Shown piece by piece: positions 48,073-58,012 of a stretch of DNA of 64,000 nucleotides. The stretch comes from an uncultured Pseudomonadota bacterium (GTDB lineage Bacteria; Pseudomonadota; Alphaproteobacteria; Rs-D84), in contig CASFWA010000002.1 in assembly GCA_949298405.1 (NCBI GenBank), positions 10,048 through 74,047 on the forward strand, read 5' to 3'. Below the pieces are notes generated by a model. The model was not told where the DNA came from and did not search any database. It worked only from the letters and a program-made list of their open reading frames with translations. The first letter of the stretch is position 1. Each line of letters begins with the position of its first letter. The translations under genes and the position numbers were made by a program.

Positions 48073-48774
48073 TTGGACTATCCAAGCAGTTTTGAAACGC
48101 CTGCTTTCCCTGCGGGAAAACGCATAGCCGTTTCCCGCTTTATGGCTATTGGTATATCGGTTTTATTTCTGCTTATAATCTTTATGTGCGGAATCTTGTT
48201 TTGGGTCTCACGTTCACAGAAAATTGATCCTTTTCTGGTTTCTATAAATAATGTGACGGGGCGTTGGATTGATGTAGGTCATTCACATGGTAATGCACCT
48301 TTTGAATACTCTACAACACGTACAATGCAGGAATCCGTCGTCGGAAATTTTGCAGCAAAATGGTTCATGATTTCAGAAGATGCAGAAAATAATGATGCTC
48401 TATGGAAAACTTGCGAAAGAAATGTTGACTGTATAGGTGAAAATACACCCGCATATGGAATTAATGATTGCGCAATATTCTGTATGACTAGCGAAGAATT
48501 ATTCTCTCGGTTCGTGTACGATATTGTACCAGACTATCAAAATAGATTTGCAAATGGTGAACGTTGGAATCTGGATAAAGCAAACATTCAAATAGAACCC
48601 GCTAGTACAGTTTCTGATGTTGGGGGTACTTGGTTACTGCGCGCAAATATCCAATCTAATATGTCAGCAGATATTAATATCGTTGCTTTTGTAAAAGTTG
48701 CAAGAAATGTCGCTTTTTATCCACAAAACTTGGGGTACTATGTGGCGGACTTTAACGCATATAAGATAAATTAA
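48073..48774 (+). CDS. membrane-anchored hypothetical protein (N-in, single TM, periplasmic domain)
   Basis: 233 aa with a TM helix near residues 25-45. Weakly paralogous to the next gene. Confidence 0.5.
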   Translation: MDYPSSFETPAFPAGKRIAVSRFMAIGISVLFLLIIFMCGILFWVSRSQKIDPFLVSINNVTGRWIDVGHSHGNAPFEYSTTRTMQESVVGNFAAKWFMISEDAENNDALWKTCERNVDCIGENTPAYGINDCAIFCMTSEELFSRFVYDIVPDYQNRFANGERWNLDKANIQIEPASTVSDVGGTWLLRANIQSNMSADINIVAFVKVARNVAFYPQNLGYYVADFNAYKIN

Positions 48775-49415
48775 TGAGAAAGTTGATTATGTTCTTTGCC
48801 GGTTTGGTTTTATTAGTGCTAACATTCATAGCACTGTACACAACTGGTGCTATATATGATGCAGGAAGCAATTTAACCGTTCAACCTTATTTCTTTCAAC
48901 CAAATAATTTATCAGAACGCCGTTTAGGGAAACCCCTGACCGCAGAAGAAATCGGAGATAACAAATTTATGGATATGTTGGTGCGTAAATATGTAAATGA
49001 ATATTTTTATGCCGCACCAGACCCAGAAAACCTTGCACGAAGAACACGTGGTAATAGTACACTTGCAAGCCTTTCTTCTGCAAAAGTTTTTGATGAATGG
49101 CTAGCAACAGAAGGACAAACCATTCAGAAACTGGCAGAAGAAAAATCTTTGCGAATAGTTAGTCTTATTGATGAAATTTATAAACCAGCCGACAGTGATT
49201 ATTGGATTATAAATTATGAATTAAAAATATGGTCAAAGCCTAACGATTTTTCTATAATACCAGAAACAAATCGCGGAACGCTGTATATGAAAATAAGATA
49301 TGAACCAGGTATGCGTAAAGATGTTGACTTGGAAACAATACACGACTTCCTAGAAAATGGTGGCGACCCCGCAGTAGTGTTTCAATTTAGAGTCGAAGAA
49401 GTAATTAGAGGTTAA
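48774..49415 (+). CDS. membrane-anchored hypothetical protein, paralog of the previous gene
   Basis: 213 aa with an N-terminal TM helix. Its start overlaps the upstream stop. Confidence 0.5.
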   Translation: MRKLIMFFAGLVLLVLTFIALYTTGAIYDAGSNLTVQPYFFQPNNLSERRLGKPLTAEEIGDNKFMDMLVRKYVNEYFYAAPDPENLARRTRGNSTLASLSSAKVFDEWLATEGQTIQKLAEEKSLRIVSLIDEIYKPADSDYWIINYELKIWSKPNDFSIIPETNRGTLYMKIRYEPGMRKDVDLETIHDFLENGGDPAVVFQFRVEEVIRG

Positions 49416-49424
49416 AAAAGCAAA

Positions 49425-50216
49425 ATGACAAAAAAACTTACTTATTTTTTTAGTGCTTTCTTTGTATTTGCTTTGCCTTTGATTCCTTGTCATGCCGCAA
49501 CTGATGACGCTTTTGATTTTAGCAACTTTGCAATTACAGAAAGTACAGATGCTGATTTAACCACAGAATCTGTATCTCTTAACCTGGATGCAGAACCAGC
49601 GAATGTTAACAGTTTTGATATAGCAGGCGTTATGCTGGGTATGCCATTCGAAGATGTAGAAACGTTATTCTTTAAAGCAAAGGGACTGTACGCCCCCCGC
49701 AAAGACAATAGCATAATCTATACCATACAAAAAGACTGGAAATATAATCTTGATTATGAATGTAGGCAACAAGGTATATATGCACCAGCAGACCTTGAAC
49801 AGTGTATAAACACTTTGGCAAAAAATCGCGGGTTATTATACGCATCTGAATTACATTTAGTGCGTGAAAATACAGGAGAAACGCTTGTAATCTATTTTAC
49901 AAGTAATGCAACAGATAACCTTGTATGGCGTATAGTTTATACAAATGATGTTAACGATATAGAAGGAGCACACGAAAAATTTGAAAACCAACGTGAAAAG
50001 AAAATCTTGGCATTCTGGCAGAACGTTCTGGATAAATATGGCGCCCCAAATTCAGGTACAGATAAATGGATTTCAACAAATAATTCTTATGACCCAATGA
50101 TGACTGCTTATTACGGTTCGTTGGACTTGGTTGATATGGGTCGCTGGACATCAGATGTCGCAAAGAATGTACAACAAGCACGCGAAAATTTCCAGGCAAA
50201 GCCATACGCTTTTTAA
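49425..50216 (+). CDS. secreted hypothetical protein
   Basis: 263 aa with signal peptide MTKKLTYFFSAFFVFALPLIPCHA. Confidence 0.5.
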   Translation: MTKKLTYFFSAFFVFALPLIPCHAATDDAFDFSNFAITESTDADLTTESVSLNLDAEPANVNSFDIAGVMLGMPFEDVETLFFKAKGLYAPRKDNSIIYTIQKDWKYNLDYECRQQGIYAPADLEQCINTLAKNRGLLYASELHLVRENTGETLVIYFTSNATDNLVWRIVYTNDVNDIEGAHEKFENQREKKILAFWQNVLDKYGAPNSGTDKWISTNNSYDPMMTAYYGSLDLVDMGRWTSDVAKNVQQARENFQAKPYAF

Positions 50217-50222
50217 ATATAT

Positions 50223-50250
50223 AAAAAGACCGTTTTATAAGGTCTTTTTT
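50223..50250 (+). terminator. rho-independent terminator
   Basis: AAAAAGACC-GTTTTATAA-GGTCTTTTTT. Confidence 0.65.
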
Positions 50251-50546
50251 CCTTTACAATCATATATATTCTCTCTACAATTAGCGTGGATTTCAATAGG
50301 TATTGAAGTTCGGGGCTTAGAAATATAAACCAATTTACAATTTTACAAAAAATTGTGATATTAATTACAATGTTTCTAAAAAACCGACCGCTAATTTTAT
50401 AATTGGTGGTTATTCTTTACCTTATGATTCCGACTTTATTCCCAAATGGGTGGATGCGCATGGTTATATATTGAAAACCAGCGGAATTAGAAAAAAGTTT
50501 TCTGATTATTTGAACGTCCACCCCCAGAGTAAAAAGGTAAAAAACT

Positions 50547-51386
50547 ATGCCAAAAGTATCTGTTTTAACACCGATTTATAATACCAACCCAGAATTCTTA
50601 AAAGAATGTATAGAAAGTATTTTAAATCAAACATTTAAAGACTTTGAATTCTTAATACTTAACGATAGTCCAGATAATATAGAAATAGAAAAAGTTGTAA
50701 AATCTTATAACGACAAAAGAATAAAATATATAAAAAATGAAAAAAACCTTGGGATATCTGAGTCAAGGAATAAACTTTTAAGCCTTGCACAAGGTGAATA
50801 CTTGGCAATATTTGATCACGATGATATATCTATGCCTGATAGACTTGAAGTAGAGGTTAAATATCTTGACGCAAATCCAGAAATAGGCGCGGTTTCTGGT
50901 TGGTTGGAGCTTTTCGATAAAAAAACAGAAATATGGTACACCCCAGAATTTGATATAGATATAAAAAAGATTATGACGGAAGATTGTTCTTTCTTTCATA
51001 CCGCAGCAATGATAAGACGAGATATATTAATTAATAACAACATCAAATACGAACCTTATTATACACCAGCGGAAGATTATCGTCTGTGGGCCAGATTGAT
51101 GAACGTAACAAAATTTTATAATTTTCAACGCCCCCTAGTAAAATATCGTTGGTTTGAAAATAATACAACAAACCTACAAGCAGAAAAAATGTCAAGGGCA
51201 CATGATGCCATACAAATAGACATAATAAATGAATTTCCTGCTTATAGATGGGCTTTTTTGCAAATGAAAAACCAACAAACAATATTCCGCCTTCGGTTAT
51301 TCAATTTGATACCAATATTAAAAATAAAAAACAACTGGGTATTATTATTTGAGTTTATCCCAGTATTCAAAATAAAATGGAAATAA
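50547..51386 (+). CDS. family 2 glycosyltransferase
   Basis: VSVLTPIYNTNPEFLKECIESILNQT...LNDSPD and a DxD motif (FDHDDIS). Confidence 0.8.
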   Translation: MPKVSVLTPIYNTNPEFLKECIESILNQTFKDFEFLILNDSPDNIEIEKVVKSYNDKRIKYIKNEKNLGISESRNKLLSLAQGEYLAIFDHDDISMPDRLEVEVKYLDANPEIGAVSGWLELFDKKTEIWYTPEFDIDIKKIMTEDCSFFHTAAMIRRDILINNNIKYEPYYTPAEDYRLWARLMNVTKFYNFQRPLVKYRWFENNTTNLQAEKMSRAHDAIQIDIINEFPAYRWAFLQMKNQQTIFRLRLFNLIPILKIKNNWVLLFEFIPVFKIKWK

Positions 51387-51410
51387 ATTCTATATCAAAA
51401 TGAGTTTATC

Positions 51411-53528
51411 ATGAAACGAACATTTAACACAGATTCTTTAAAGATAAAAAAATATACCTTTTTTGGTATTTGCTTTCTTACAAAAATTTGGGAATATAAT
51501 TTTAGAGAAACAAGATTATTAGGAATAACTATAAGTCGTAAAAATAATAAACAATTTATAATAAAAAATTCTATAAATTTTAATAATATATTTAATAAAA
51601 ATATAATAAAAACAAATAAGACTATAGATATAATTATTCCTATATATAACGGTGCAGAACATTTAGACCCACTATTAAACTCTGTAATTTCTAATACAGA
51701 TTTAAACTATAAACTTTTCTTAATAGATGATAAAAGCACGGATTCAAATGTTGAACAAATACTAAAAAAATGGCATGACAAATTTGGCAACAAGGCAATA
51801 ATAATACATAATGAACAAAACTTAGGTTTCGTTCAAACTGTTAATAAAGCTTTATCATATACGACAAACGATGTTGTAATATTAAACACAGATGTCAGAG
51901 TCCCTAAAAACTGGGCTTCCAGGCTTATGCAACCTATTTTTGAAAATCCTAATGTTGCGTCCGTCACACCCTTTTCAAACGCGGCAACCATTTTTTCTTT
52001 CCCCAAGCAATGGGAAAACAATGAATTAGAAATACCACTGCAAGAAATAGACGATATATTTTCTAAATTAAATTTTGATAATAATATTATACAACAACTA
52101 CAATTTCCTACTGGTGTTGGTTTTTGTATGGCGATGAGTCGTAAAGCTTTAAACAAAATAGGTGTTTTTGATTCTGTATTTGGTCGGGGATATGGTGAAG
52201 AAAATGATTGGTGCATGAGAGCCGTAAAAGCAGGTTTTATAAATACATTGGCGTATAATCTTTTTGTTTACCATAAACATGGTGGAAGTTTTTTGACAAA
52301 CGAAAAAAAGCTTTTATGTGAAAACCATAATAAAATTATAAAAAAACGTTATACTAGTTATGATAAAAATATAAAATTAGCTGCTTCAAGTTATAATTAT
52401 CAATCTATACTTTTTTTATTAAAACTTCTTTATTTTAATAAAATTGTAAACACAACTGTTTTGTATGTAGACCATTCTTTGGGTGGGGGAACAGAGTCTT
52501 ATTTTCTTGATCAAATCTCTACAATTAAGAATCAAACCCTGATAATAAGAATGCAGTATTTTCACGATTATAGAAAATATGTATTAAGTATTATTTATAA
52601 AGATACTAATGTTACACTAGGTGGTTTATTATTAAATGATTTGCTACTGCTTTTAAAAGAACTAAATTTTACTGAAATTATTATAAATAATCTTGTAGGA
52701 TATGAAAATACATTAGAGTTTCTTGATATAATAAAAAATTTAAAAAATAAAAATACCATATTAACGATGCGCGGTCATGATTATCAAGCAATATGCCCCT
52801 TTTTTACTTTACTTAATTACAAAAAGGATTTTTGTAATTTGCCATTGCCAGAAAAATGTAAACAATGTTTTTTAAATAATTCATTCGGTACAGATAAAGA
52901 ATCAGAAGTAATCTTGAAATCTGGCGCAACCAGTATAACAGAATGGCGCGCAAAATGGAACGATTTTTTAGAAAAATATCTTGATGAACTTATCGTTTTT
53001 TCTGAAAGTGGGAAAAATTTATTTTTAAAAACTTACCCTTGTTTAAAAGACAAAATAAAAATTATACCGCACAAGATTTTACCGCTACGCAAAGTCAATA
53101 TAAAACCATCTAAAAAACATACAATTGGTATTTTAGGTAATATTTATAGTGCTTCAAAAGGTTTAAATATTTTATCTGAAATCATAAAATTACAGAAAAA
53201 ATATAATATTTCTGTAATACTTATAGGTAACACAAATAAAAATATAAAAATAAAAAAAACAGGTACATACAAAAGAGAAGAACTTCCTAATCTTTTAGAA
53301 AAATATAAAATAGATATAATATTTATACCATCTGTCTGGCCAGAAACATTTTCATACACTACATCAGAAGCAATGGAAATGGATATCCCAGTAGCATGTT
53401 TTGATTTGGGTGCACCAGCAGAAAGGGTGATAAATTATAAAAAAGGATTGATTATAGATAAAATAAACGCAGAATATGCGTTACAAAAAATTCTCTTATT
53501 TATTAAAAAGCAAAAGAAAAATTTATGA
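51411..53528 (+). CDS. two-domain glycosyltransferase (N-terminal GT2 plus C-terminal GT1/GT4-like)
   Basis: IDIIIPIYNGAEHL...LIDDKSTD is the GT2 domain. The C-terminal ...ETFSYTTSEAMEMDIPVACFDLGAPAE is the GT-B EX7E motif. The true start may be internal. Confidence 0.65.
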   Translation: MKRTFNTDSLKIKKYTFFGICFLTKIWEYNFRETRLLGITISRKNNKQFIIKNSINFNNIFNKNIIKTNKTIDIIIPIYNGAEHLDPLLNSVISNTDLNYKLFLIDDKSTDSNVEQILKKWHDKFGNKAIIIHNEQNLGFVQTVNKALSYTTNDVVILNTDVRVPKNWASRLMQPIFENPNVASVTPFSNAATIFSFPKQWENNELEIPLQEIDDIFSKLNFDNNIIQQLQFPTGVGFCMAMSRKALNKIGVFDSVFGRGYGEENDWCMRAVKAGFINTLAYNLFVYHKHGGSFLTNEKKLLCENHNKIIKKRYTSYDKNIKLAASSYNYQSILFLLKLLYFNKIVNTTVLYVDHSLGGGTESYFLDQISTIKNQTLIIRMQYFHDYRKYVLSIIYKDTNVTLGGLLLNDLLLLLKELNFTEIIINNLVGYENTLEFLDIIKNLKNKNTILTMRGHDYQAICPFFTLLNYKKDFCNLPLPEKCKQCFLNNSFGTDKESEVILKSGATSITEWRAKWNDFLEKYLDELIVFSESGKNLFLKTYPCLKDKIKIIPHKILPLRKVNIKPSKKHTIGILGNIYSASKGLNILSEIIKLQKKYNISVILIGNTNKNIKIKKTGTYKREELPNLLEKYKIDIIFIPSVWPETFSYTTSEAMEMDIPVACFDLGAPAERVINYKKGLIIDKINAEYALQKILLFIKKQKKNL

Positions 53529-54274
53529 AAAAAGTTGTTTATACATGCATAACAGGGAATTATGATGATGTCCCTGAATATAAATATATAGATAAAACCT
53601 GGGATTATTTCTTATTTACTGATAATCCAGAATTATTAAAACATAAAAAAATTAAACATTGGAATATTGAACCGCTTGTTTATAAAAAACTTGATAATGT
53701 TCGGAATGCCCGTTGGCATAAAATAAATACCCACATACTATTTCCTGATTATAATTATAGTTTATGGTTAGATGCTAACATTTCAATAAACACAAAAAAT
53801 ATTTTTGAAAAATGTAACAAATATATAAAAAAGGATGTATTAATTGCTATTCCTTTACATCCAGAAAGAAATTGTATTTATAAAGAAGCAGAAATAATAA
53901 AACAATTAAATATCGATTATCCCCAAAAAGTTAATAAAGAAATGCGTTTTTTGCAAAAGAATCATTACCCACAAAATAATGGATTATCAGAAACATGTAT
54001 AATATTTAGACAACACAATAAAATTCAACCGATGTTAGATTTATGGTGGGAAATGATAAAAAAATACTCTAAAAGAGACCAATTGTCTTGTAATTTTGCA
54101 GCTTGGAGGTATAATATAAAAATAATCCCAATGTATAACCAAGCAGGTGCACACAGAACAAATAAAGATTTTACTTTTTCGTATAAATCAACTCATAATC
54201 AAGATAAAATTAATACAAATAAAATCAAAAAAATTTTATGTTTTTTGACAAATTATTTAAAGGTTCAAAAATGA
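53525..54274 (+). CDS. putative glycosyltransferase-like protein (TGNYD motif)
   Basis: 249 aa. N-terminal VYTCITGNYDDV. Family assignment uncertain. Confidence 0.45.
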   Translation: MKKVVYTCITGNYDDVPEYKYIDKTWDYFLFTDNPELLKHKKIKHWNIEPLVYKKLDNVRNARWHKINTHILFPDYNYSLWLDANISINTKNIFEKCNKYIKKDVLIAIPLHPERNCIYKEAEIIKQLNIDYPQKVNKEMRFLQKNHYPQNNGLSETCIIFRQHNKIQPMLDLWWEMIKKYSKRDQLSCNFAAWRYNIKIIPMYNQAGAHRTNKDFTFSYKSTHNQDKINTNKIKKILCFLTNYLKVQK

Positions 54275-55137
54275 TTTTTAATCGTATATCAAAGGAAAAA
54301 GAAAAAGCAAATGATGCTAATTTATTAATTTATTCTTATGCTAACAAAAAATATTATGAATTTGCAATTTTATACCCTATATGGGTACTTCAAAATAATC
54401 AAGATGCAAAAATAGAAATTGCTTTAGAAGATAAAGATTTATTCTATAAAAAGTATTCTCATTTAATAGAATATTACGAAAAAAACTATACCAATAAAGT
54501 ACTTTTTACACAGATAGATAAAAAAGTTATACAATACCCTGCTGGAACAATACGTTTTATAACACAACCAAAAAGCAAAGCAAAATATGTATACATAGGA
54601 GATATAGATATAATTGTTCTTCACAATATCTGTACCCTGCACATTCCTAACATAGAAAAAAATGCCCTGGATTTTTCAAATATAAAACGCATCGGACAAA
54701 ATAAGTTATCAGGTTTGCACTTCATTGAATATGAAAAAATGTACCCTGTTGAAAAAATAAAAAAGAAGTTAAAACATATAAATGATGAAGAACTTCTTTA
54801 TATTCTAATGAAAAATAAAGGTTATAAGATTCCTGATGAAAATAAAAACAAATATCGTCCACTGTGCGGAATACATATCAGTTATTTTTCGCGCCCGCCA
54901 TTAAAAACTTTAACCACAAAAGACGAAGAAACCACATTTCCTTCATGGTATGATAATTGTAATAATGAAAAACTTCTTTATTCAGAAATAGAAAATTTTT
55001 TTAATTTAAGATATTCAGAAAAAATAAAAAATTTCTATAATAATATAAAAGAAACAGATATAGATTTGCGTAGAATAATTCAATTTATAGATTTATTTGC
55101 TTTTTATTTGAAAAACAATCAACAACTTTTAAGTTAA
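54238..55137 (+). CDS. hypothetical protein in the glycosyltransferase cluster
   Basis: 299 aa; an alternative start is at 54271. Very AT-rich. Confidence 0.4.
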   Translation: MFFDKLFKGSKMIFNRISKEKEKANDANLLIYSYANKKYYEFAILYPIWVLQNNQDAKIEIALEDKDLFYKKYSHLIEYYEKNYTNKVLFTQIDKKVIQYPAGTIRFITQPKSKAKYVYIGDIDIIVLHNICTLHIPNIEKNALDFSNIKRIGQNKLSGLHFIEYEKMYPVEKIKKKLKHINDEELLYILMKNKGYKIPDENKNKYRPLCGIHISYFSRPPLKTLTTKDEETTFPSWYDNCNNEKLLYSEIENFFNLRYSEKIKNFYNNIKETDIDLRRIIQFIDLFAFYLKNNQQLLS

Positions 55138-55176
55138 AAACCGAAGAGGGAAATAAGCCCTCTTCGGTTTTTTATT
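55137..55176. terminator. bidirectional rho-independent terminator
   Basis: AAAACCGAAGAGGG-AAATAAG-CCCTCTTCGGTTTTTTATT. Confidence 0.8.
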
Positions 55177-55654
55177 CCGCAACATAACCGCATATACGCC
55201 AGGAACGAAGGAGATTTGTAAAATCAGTACCAGTACCAGTACGAGCTTTGACAACCATACCCGTTGTTGTTTTATTCGTACAAACTATATGTATACCGTA
55301 ATTATCATCGCCCCCACACGCAATATATGAATATTTATTATCAGCCATTTCCAGTTTAAACGTTATATTTTTTTCACCAGATGACATTATACCGCCCTGT
55401 TCTACCCAACCGCTTTTGTACTTGCGGTACCAACTGCTGCCGTCGGAGGCTCGCCAAGTTTCCGTCACATAATCCGCGGTCATTATATCTGCTGGTATCT
55501 CACTCTTTTTCGCCAATACCGTTCCACCTGCCGTTTCTCCGTCATGAACGCGCAAAGTATTGTTCGTCGTATCCATTGTCACTTCCCCAATGGCACCAGT
55601 AAATTCTTCGTGCTGGTCCGCACTACCACGACGAAACTGCACACATTTCGACAT
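55172..55654 (-). CDS. phage tail-fibre-like protein with Mtd_N-type N-terminal domain (second copy)
   Basis: The N-terminus VQFRRGSADQHEEFTGAIGEVTMDTTNNTLRVHDGETAGG shares the same motif as 32287-32859 and the BPP-1 Mtd N-terminus. Confidence 0.55.
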   Translation of the reverse strand: MSKCVQFRRGSADQHEEFTGAIGEVTMDTTNNTLRVHDGETAGGTVLAKKSEIPADIMTADYVTETWRASDGSSWYRKYKSGWVEQGGIMSSGEKNITFKLEMADNKYSYIACGGDDNYGIHIVCTNKTTTGMVVKARTGTGTDFTNLLRSWRICGYVAE

Positions 55655-55701
55655 CTTATAATCCTTTTTATACTATCTTTTGTGTTTGTAAAAATTGAAA
55701 C

Positions 55702-56064
55702 TTGATGCTAGGATTTAAAATTATGACATCTTATACAACTGGCTTATTTACTGAATTTTTAACTCGTTTATTTCTTCGAATTCATGGCTTTCGTATCTTA
55801 AAATCCCGCTATGTGACGGGGCACTATACTAACCGTGCAGAAATTGATATAATTGCGAAAAAAGCAAACCTTATAGTCTTCGTCGAAGTAAAAAAACGAC
55901 GTACTACTATTGATGCTTTTAATGCTATATCTGCTACACAAGTAAAACGCCTAAGACGGGCTGCAGAAACTTTTTTAGCCCAAAATCACTGGTCTGGTGA
56001 TGCCAGATTCGATGTCGTTATATTTACTCCTTTCAAGATTCAATGGTTTAAGGGTGCTTTATAA
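55702..56064 (+). CDS. YraN/UPF0102-family endonuclease-like protein
   Basis: 120 aa. AEIDIIAKKANLIVFVEVKKR resembles the YraN PD-(D/E)xK-like core. Confidence 0.6.
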   Translation: MMLGFKIMTSYTTGLFTEFLTRLFLRIHGFRILKSRYVTGHYTNRAEIDIIAKKANLIVFVEVKKRRTTIDAFNAISATQVKRLRRAAETFLAQNHWSGDARFDVVIFTPFKIQWFKGAL

Positions 56065-56128
56065 ACTTGAAAAAATGACTTTTTTCTTTTATAATCATTA
56101 TACGCTTTTTACAGAAAAGGAGTAAAAT

Positions 56129-56278
56129 ATGAAAAAAGTTATGTTGGCTCTGTTCGCAGTTTTGACTTTGGCTGCTTGCACAGGTTCTTATAAACAAGGT
56201 AACTGTGAATACGATTTCTTGCTTCACAAAGATATTTCTATTTCTAAACTTATCGGCAACGCAACTGGTGGTTGCTAA
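56129..56278 (+). CDS. small lipoprotein (49 aa)
   Basis: Not in the ORF track. AAAGGAG RBS, MKKVMLALFAVLTLAAC lipobox, followed by a terminator. Confidence 0.4.
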   Translation: MKKVMLALFAVLTLAACTGSYKQGNCEYDFLLHKDISISKLIGNATGGC

Positions 56279-56283
56279 AAAAG

Positions 56284-56311
56284 TTAATCCCGCGAAATCG
56301 CGGGATTTTTT
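56284..56311. terminator. rho-independent terminator
   Basis: AATCCCGCG-AAA-TCGCGGGATTTTTTATT. Confidence 0.75.
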
Positions 56312-56567
56312 ATTCTATAACCGCCGTTTTTATCAAGGCTACATCCTCTTTTATCCCATCCAGTTTTATTTGCAATTGCCCTATACCCGTTTCTAATATA
56401 GTCGCACGATTCTCTAGTGCGGTTATTCTGTGGTCCGCTCGTTCAAGCTCTGCCAGTGAGGAATCTTGACGCGCAACCCAATATATCATCCCAGCAATAA
56501 ATGCTATCAGGAACCAACTGTCTCGCAAAACGTCAATTATACCAGTTAGCCCCGTCTGATTTGTCAT
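56310..56567 (-). CDS. small membrane/coiled-coil protein, hypothetical (last gene of the phage-like operon)
   Basis: 85 aa with one TM helix. Its start overlaps the stop of the upstream ORF. Confidence 0.35.
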   Translation of the reverse strand: MTNQTGLTGIIDVLRDSWFLIAFIAGMIYWVARQDSSLAELERADHRITALENRATILETGIGQLQIKLDGIKEDVALIKTAVIE

Positions 56568-56758
56568 TATTTGCCCCGTTCTATCATGTTCTCTATCAAG
56601 TGAACAAGTGCTCGTTGTGCCTCTAGACCGCGTAATTCTGAATCACTGGCGTTCGGACCTAGGACCCTTTCTATGGTTATTTTACGTAAGTGCGCCAATA
56701 CCGCTGCACCCGCGGATGTGGAAAAGGCACGTGTAAAGTTCTGTTCTATCTCTTTCAT
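56567..56758 (-). CDS. hypothetical 63-aa protein downstream of the portal gene
   Basis: Short ORF translationally coupled to its neighbours. Confidence 0.3.
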   Translation of the reverse strand: MKEIEQNFTRAFSTSAGAAVLAHLRKITIERVLGPNASDSELRGLEAQRALVHLIENMIERGK

Positions 56759-56768
56759 TGTCCTCTCC

Positions 56769-57992
56769 TTATATCAAAGTTTCTTCTAATGCCATCTGCG
56801 CAATCGGGGCAATATATTTTAATTCTGCATCGCTATGTAGGGATATTTTATCTATCACCCCACGACGCGATAATATCTGCAGTCCCCTTTCACATAGTGG
56901 TCTGATAAACTCATGCAGCAATCTGCCGTATGTCGCACCAAGTATTCGCATCATATCCGCATTACGCGCCATTATCTCGGTCGCGGTCATCTCTTTTTCA
57001 GATAACAAACCTAATCTATCCGCTAGTAATGCATGACGAATTCGCTCGCGCAGGTCCTTTAATATTATCTGCGACACATCAAAATCTGCACCAGAAGAAA
57101 GCGGTGTTAAACCCGAACTACCTACTGCTTTCGGAATAATCGCACCAGGGGTTAGGTTTATATTTGATAGATTTATTACCCCGTCATCATCGGCCTGCCA
57201 AATACCTGAAACTGCTATTGTTGCATTCTTTAGCACTAATTCTACAACCTTGTTCGCAGTTTTTATATCGGGTAAAGCACGTAATACGGGACCACGCCCA
57301 TATAACTCGCCACTGGCAACAGACCAGCGAAAAATTAAGTACGGGTTCGTTTCAAATGTACCTGTTGATACAATGTTGTTTTCTATATCCCCACCGACAT
57401 CTAACCATGCGGTAAAATCTTTACCAACAAGACTTTGCACAAGTCGCAAAGGCATATCTGGGTCTTTCTTTATAGTATCCCGAATATCCGCAGGCGGTGT
57501 CCAAGACGGGTACTTTTCCATAACTTCGCGCGCAGGCATACTTGCAGTATGAAAAACTGCGTTCGGCAATATCGCAATATCCTTCATAGGTATCGCAGTA
57601 AAGGAAAATGCAGAATCTGCACCAATTGGATTTTCTGCCATAAATAAACAAGCAGTTCCTAAAATCACTAAATCTAAATAACACTGATGTATAGTTGTAT
57701 AAAAGTTAGAATCATTCAGGTTTGCGCGTAATGCCGCTGCAGCAGTTGTAGCATCTGGTGAATCTTCACTTTCTGGTATCAATGAAATCCATAAAGATTC
57801 TGGTGGTGTAAGCAAAGAATACATTGACGCAGCCAAATTATCTACTGCATCAGCAGCAGTAGCATCAAACAATGTTGCGGCATCATCGTCTTCTGTCGGC
57901 ATTGTATAGCGCAATGCACTATCCCATCTATTTAACCATGGCGCACGCATATCCAGCGCACGACGATACATCTGTTGTAAATTATTTTGCAT
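56769..57992 (-). CDS. phage portal protein (HK97/GTA-like size class)
   Basis: 407 aa, lying immediately downstream of the terminase nuclease fragment. Length and the acidic/helical C-terminus are consistent with a portal. The assignment rests on context and overall resemblance. Confidence 0.55.
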   Translation of the reverse strand: MQNNLQQMYRRALDMRAPWLNRWDSALRYTMPTEDDDAATLFDATAADAVDNLAASMYSLLTPPESLWISLIPESEDSPDATTAAAALRANLNDSNFYTTIHQCYLDLVILGTACLFMAENPIGADSAFSFTAIPMKDIAILPNAVFHTASMPAREVMEKYPSWTPPADIRDTIKKDPDMPLRLVQSLVGKDFTAWLDVGGDIENNIVSTGTFETNPYLIFRWSVASGELYGRGPVLRALPDIKTANKVVELVLKNATIAVSGIWQADDDGVINLSNINLTPGAIIPKAVGSSGLTPLSSGADFDVSQIILKDLRERIRHALLADRLGLLSEKEMTATEIMARNADMMRILGATYGRLLHEFIRPLCERGLQILSRRGVIDKISLHSDAELKYIAPIAQMALEETLI

Positions 57993-58012
57993 GTTTGCTC
58001 CTTTTAAAATTA

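Noticed and set aside
48073-50216. Calling the tandem membrane proteins VirB8/DotI and the secreted protein VirB9
   Set aside because: Only the topology and size are suggestive. No conserved VirB8 or VirB9 sequence motifs were recognised, and no other T4SS genes are nearby.
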